This document shows positions 60,649-64,000 of a stretch of 64,000 bases of DNA, one piece after another. The stretch is from a bacterium BMS3Bbin03 (GTDB lineage Bacteria; Zhuqueibacterota; JdFR-76; BMS3Abin05). The stretch lies in the NCBI GenBank assembly GCA_002898015.1, contig BDTM01000128.1:74418-138417 (forward strand), given 5' to 3'. The notes below the pieces were generated by a model. That model was given only the letters and a program-made list of their open reading frames with translations. It was not told the origin of the DNA and made no database searches. The translations under genes were made by a program, and so were the position numbers. Position 1 is the stretch's first letter. Each line of letters starts with the position of its first letter.

Positions 60649-62517
60649 ATGTTAACGAAAAACAAAAAAACGTTTAAAGCCATTGTACGGATTTTATTTT
60701 TATGGCTGATTCTGGCCGCTTTGATGACCCCGTCCGTGTTCGCACAGCCCACCGGTGTTGAGGAAAGCCGGTTCCGGCTGGCGCGTCAGTTTGAACAGTT
60801 GGGTCAATACCGGCAGGCTGCGGATCTCTACAAAAAATTATATACCGGTTACCCTAAAAATCTGACGTATTTTGAAGGGTTCCGCCGGAACTTATTAAGA
60901 CTCAAGAAATATCCGGAACTGGCAGTCATCATTCAGGATCGCTTGCGGACGCGTCCCGCGGACATTGGGCTTGAGACACAATTGGGCGATGTGTATTTCA
61001 AGATGGGCGACGAAGTTCGCGCCTACCGGGTGTGGAGCGGCATTTTGCGGAAGCATCCCGGCCAAACGGCCGTTTACCGTGTTGTCGCCAGTGTGATGCT
61101 GCAAAACCGCCTGTTCGACAGGGCGATTGCCGTTTATCTTCGCGGGCGGAAAGCATCGAATAAGCCGGCCCAATTTGCGCTGGAACTGGCCCAGCTTTAT
61201 ATGTTCCGGCAAACGTACCCGGCTGCCGTGGATGAGTATCTGCGCTTTTTGAGGCAGAAACCTTACCAATTGTTTTTTGTCCGGAATCAAATTGCCCGGC
61301 TGCCGTTGAACGAAAACAGCTATCCGGCAGTTGAGAAGGAAATCCGTAAGTGGGTTAAAAAATATCCGAAAGATTACACCCTTCGCAAATTGTTGGCCGG
61401 ATTTTACCAGAGTTTCGGGAACTACGAATCGGCGCTTAATGAAATTCTGGCGCTTAAAGGATCGTCCGCCCGGAAAGGTGTGAAAAAGGGGTTTCCTGCC
61501 GCGGATTTGTACCAGTTTGCGCTGGACACATACCGTGAAAAGGAGTACAAAATTTCGGAAAAAGCCTTTCGCAAATTACTGGAGGGATTTCCGGATTTTT
61601 CGCAGAAAGATCGCGTGACGTACTACCTTGCCGACATTTCGTACCAGACAAAGGATTTTGATCAGGCAAAGCAATTGTACCGGCAGGTGATCCGGCGCTT
61701 TCCGAAATCGAGGTGGTCGCTGCAGGCGTCTCTTCGCCTCGGGAGCATTTTTCTGAATCAGGAGAATAATCCCGCCGAAGCCATTGTTTATTTTGAAAGG
61801 ATTGTTCGGAATTTCCCCGGAACGCGGCAGCAGATAGAAGCCACTTTCAGCCTGGCGGATTGCTACCTGTCTGAAGGAAATCTGGGAGAGGCCGTTTCGA
61901 CACTGCAGAATTCTTTAAAGAATCCCTCGCTAAATTCCGGCAGGGATCGGTCGCTGCAGGATGAGGCTTTGTTCAGGCTGGCTCAGGTGAAATTCTACGG
62001 GAAAGATTTCAAGGGGAGTCTGAAAAACATCAATCAGATATTGGACAACGCGTTTGGAAAATATGACAGTCCGTATGTGAACAATGCTCTGGATTTGGAA
62101 CTCATCATTCAGGAAAATGAAAAAAAGTATTTATCTTCACTGAAATTATTTGCTTCCGGGATGTACCTGGCACGCCGGAATCTGTACGGTGCGGCGGTCG
62201 ACACCTTGTTAAAAGCGGCAGCAGAGAATGACCAGGCGGCTTTGGCGGACCGGGCATTGCTGGAAGCGGGGCGAATCAAAGAGAAGATGAAAGATTGGTA
62301 CGGCGCCATAAAGATTTATCAAATGCTGGTGGGCACGTACTCGCAGAGTGTTTATGCAGATGTAGCGCTCGACAGGGAGGGAAAGATTTATGAAAACGAC
62401 ATCAAAGATTTCGAGAAAGCCAGACAGACGTACGAATCTATTTTAATTCAATATCCAAACAGTGTTTTGGCAGATGAGCTCCGGAAAAAAGTCAGACAAT
62501 TAGAAGGTCAGCCATGA
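60649..62517 (+). CDS. Secreted TPR-repeat protein
   Basis: Signal peptide plus about 12 TPR-like repeats. It starts 6 nt after the upstream gene and overlaps the downstream gene by 4 nt. Confidence 0.65.
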   Translation: MLTKNKKTFKAIVRILFLWLILAALMTPSVFAQPTGVEESRFRLARQFEQLGQYRQAADLYKKLYTGYPKNLTYFEGFRRNLLRLKKYPELAVIIQDRLRTRPADIGLETQLGDVYFKMGDEVRAYRVWSGILRKHPGQTAVYRVVASVMLQNRLFDRAIAVYLRGRKASNKPAQFALELAQLYMFRQTYPAAVDEYLRFLRQKPYQLFFVRNQIARLPLNENSYPAVEKEIRKWVKKYPKDYTLRKLLAGFYQSFGNYESALNEILALKGSSARKGVKKGFPAADLYQFALDTYREKEYKISEKAFRKLLEGFPDFSQKDRVTYYLADISYQTKDFDQAKQLYRQVIRRFPKSRWSLQASLRLGSIFLNQENNPAEAIVYFERIVRNFPGTRQQIEATFSLADCYLSEGNLGEAVSTLQNSLKNPSLNSGRDRSLQDEALFRLAQVKFYGKDFKGSLKNINQILDNAFGKYDSPYVNNALDLELIIQENEKKYLSSLKLFASGMYLARRNLYGAAVDTLLKAAAENDQAALADRALLEAGRIKEKMKDWYGAIKIYQMLVGTYSQSVYADVALDREGKIYENDIKDFEKARQTYESILIQYPNSVLADELRKKVRQLEGQP

Positions 62518-63788
62518 AATTCTGGAAAATTGTTTTTGCCGTATTTTTTATGATTTTGATGGGGGGATTTGGAAACCTGCGTGCCCAGAAAATACTAATT
62601 CCGATGGATTTAACACAGACCGACCATTTGAAGGCGTACGGCGTAGCCTACTGGACCCTGGAGCGCAACATTAATGTGGAGTGGCTTTTGAACTATCGGG
62701 GCGGCTCTTTTTTGACGGATTATTATCCTGAAATTGAACGGGAATTGCGCCTGCGGGGTGTGTCGTTTGAAAAAATCGGCGGTCCGGAAGTGGCTCAAAT
62801 CTACAGCACCATTCAATCCAACAATATGGATGTGGTCCTGCTGGAGAAAGCGCCGAAAATTGCCGTGTACACGCCGCCAAACAAGCGCCCCTGGGACGAT
62901 GCGGTGACGCTGGCATTGACTTACGCCGAAATTCCTTATACAAAAATATGGGACGCGGAGGTGGCGCACGGCGATCTCGAAAAATATGACTGGCTGCATC
63001 TGCATCACGAAGACTTTACCGGGCAGTACGGAAAGTTTTACGCCAGTTTTCGAAATGCGCCCTGGTATATCGAAGATGTGAGACGAAATGAAGCCATGGC
63101 CCGCAAACTGGGCTTTAAAAAGGTTTCGGAAGAGAAGAAATTTATTGCCCGGATCATTCAGGATTTTGTGCGAAGGGGCGGGTTTTTATTCGCCATGTGT
63201 TCAGCAACCGACACGATCGACATTGCCCTGGCCGCCCAAAATGTGGATATTGTGCCGGCTGTGTTCGACGGCGATCCGCCGGACCCGAATTACCGGGCAA
63301 AATTGGACTATTCAAAGACGTTTGCGTTTACCAATTTTAGACTGGAATTGAACCCTTATGTTTACGAATATTCAGACATTGACATTCCGCCCAGTTATGC
63401 GGCGCCTTTGAAAGGCCCGGAGGCGGAAGCCTTCACGCTGTTTGACTTTTCGGCAAAATACGATCAGGTGCCGACCATGCTCACGCAGGATCATGTGAAT
63501 ATTATCAAAGGTTTTATGGGGCAGACAACCGCCTTTAACCGTAAGCGGATTAAACCGTATGTGACCATTTTGGGGGAAGTACCGGGCACCGACATGGTGA
63601 AATATATCCACGGGAATCTTGGTAAGGGCACTTTTACGTTCCTGGGCGGTCACGATCCGGAGGATTATCAGCACGCTGTAGGCGATCCGCCCACACAGCT
63701 CTCTCTGCACCGCAATTCACCGGGATACCGTTTAATTTTGAATAATGTTCTGTTTCCGGCGGCCAAAAAGAAGAAACAAAAAACTTAG
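62514..63788 (+). CDS. Secreted GATase1/ThuA-like protein with a candidate nucleophile Cys (paralogue of the DUF4159-like protein)
   Basis: Signal peptide. YDWLHLHHEDFTGQ...RGGFLFAMCSATD parallels ILYLTGHG...HGGFLYADDDYG of the 56574 gene. Lys-rich C-terminus. Confidence 0.45.
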   Translation: MKFWKIVFAVFFMILMGGFGNLRAQKILIPMDLTQTDHLKAYGVAYWTLERNINVEWLLNYRGGSFLTDYYPEIERELRLRGVSFEKIGGPEVAQIYSTIQSNNMDVVLLEKAPKIAVYTPPNKRPWDDAVTLALTYAEIPYTKIWDAEVAHGDLEKYDWLHLHHEDFTGQYGKFYASFRNAPWYIEDVRRNEAMARKLGFKKVSEEKKFIARIIQDFVRRGGFLFAMCSATDTIDIALAAQNVDIVPAVFDGDPPDPNYRAKLDYSKTFAFTNFRLELNPYVYEYSDIDIPPSYAAPLKGPEAEAFTLFDFSAKYDQVPTMLTQDHVNIIKGFMGQTTAFNRKRIKPYVTILGEVPGTDMVKYIHGNLGKGTFTFLGGHDPEDYQHAVGDPPTQLSLHRNSPGYRLILNNVLFPAAKKKKQKT

Positions 63789-63793
63789 AATAC

Positions 63794-63822
63794 AATTCTT
63801 AATCGTGAAAAGAATTTTTTAT
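63794..63822 (+). terminator. Candidate intrinsic terminator
   Basis: AATTCTT-aatcgtgaa-AAGAATT followed by TTTTTAT. Confidence 0.4.
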
Positions 63823-63823
63823 C

Positions 63824-63852
63824 TTGACAAAAGTCTTAAAAATTATTATTTT
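63824..63852 (+). promoter_or_regulatory. Candidate hrcA promoter (TTGACA-17-TATTTT)
   Basis: Consensus -35 at 63824-63829. -10 at 63847-63852. Confidence 0.4.
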
Positions 63853-63918
63853 AGAATTTGAAAATCTTGAAATTAGCAGTGCAATTTTGTTTAATCGGTT
63901 AATGGGTGGTGATTAATT

Positions 63919-64000
63919 GTGGCAGAAGAACTAAAAGAGCGGGAAAAACAAATTCTTCGGCTTGTGGTTCATGAGTTTATTTTAACCGTGAATCCGGTCA
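63919..64000 (+). CDS. hrcA: Heat-inducible transcription repressor HrcA, N-terminal fragment (continues past the window end)
   Basis: From GTG 63919 the translation is VAEELKEREKQILRLVVHEFILTVNPV, which matches the HrcA N-terminal winged-helix consensus (L.eRe..IL..iVeeYi.t.ePV). Confidence 0.5.
   Translation, partial: MAEELKEREKQILRLVVHEFILTVNPV

Noticed and set aside
63857-63918. Looked for a CIRCE element (TTAGCACTC-N9-GAGTGCTAA) upstream of hrcA.
   Set aside because: Only a half-site-like TTAGCAGTG at about 63884 is present. No matching inverted partner 9 nt away.

Overview
This window is the chromosomal replication-origin neighbourhood of a bacterium. GC content is about 47-48%. Genes carry AGGAGG-type Shine-Dalgarno sites and there are sigma70-consensus promoters. 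Several stop/start codons overlap (ATGA, TAATG, TGATG), which suggests translational coupling. The window holds only housekeeping and envelope genes. I found no transposases, integrases, CRISPR arrays, tRNAs or rRNAs.

On the minus strand the origin core reads dnaA, dnaN, recF, a DUF721 (DciA-like) gene, gyrB and gyrA. Consensus DnaA boxes (TTATCCACA) cluster on both sides of dnaA, and a roughly 85% AT stretch that may be the unwinding element lies between dnaA and dnaN. This looks like a Bacillus-type bipartite oriC.

Downstream on the plus strand are rpmH, rnpA, yidD and yidC, followed by a strong terminator, then mnmE, mnmG, rsmG, murQ, mfd, three tandem SurA/parvulin chaperones, a 5'-nucleotidase and an M14 carboxypeptidase.

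The left part of the window carries metG, the yaaT/PSP1 gene and holB (all minus strand). It also has a coiled-coil M23 (EnvC-like) peptidase and a nucleoside-salvage block (tdk, nupC, punA, FTCD, an MtaD-like amidohydrolase, yjjX). Further along on the minus strand are an orphan OppF-like ABC ATPase, trkA, ftsE, ftsX, pdxA, two tandem CPA-type cation/proton antiporters and yjbQ.

Three things look most worth following up. First, a full-length eRF1/Pelota homologue has its GGQ motif changed to AGW, and it sits in an operon with a divergent GalT-like HIT-superfamily protein and tdk. Second, a terminal envelope cluster (56.0-63.8 kb) combines a DUF456 membrane protein, a DUF4159-like secreted protein, an 1128-aa membrane-anchored coiled-coil giant, a TPR protein and a second secreted GATase1/ThuA-like paralogue. 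The M14 peptidase just upstream carries a C-terminal domain with the same fold. Third, a 16-bp palindrome TGTTyCACGTGrAACA overlaps the MFHV N-termini of both mnmG and rsmG.

Coordinates for regulatory sites were hand-counted from the printed sequence. Products are assigned from motif and memory-level homology only, with no database search.
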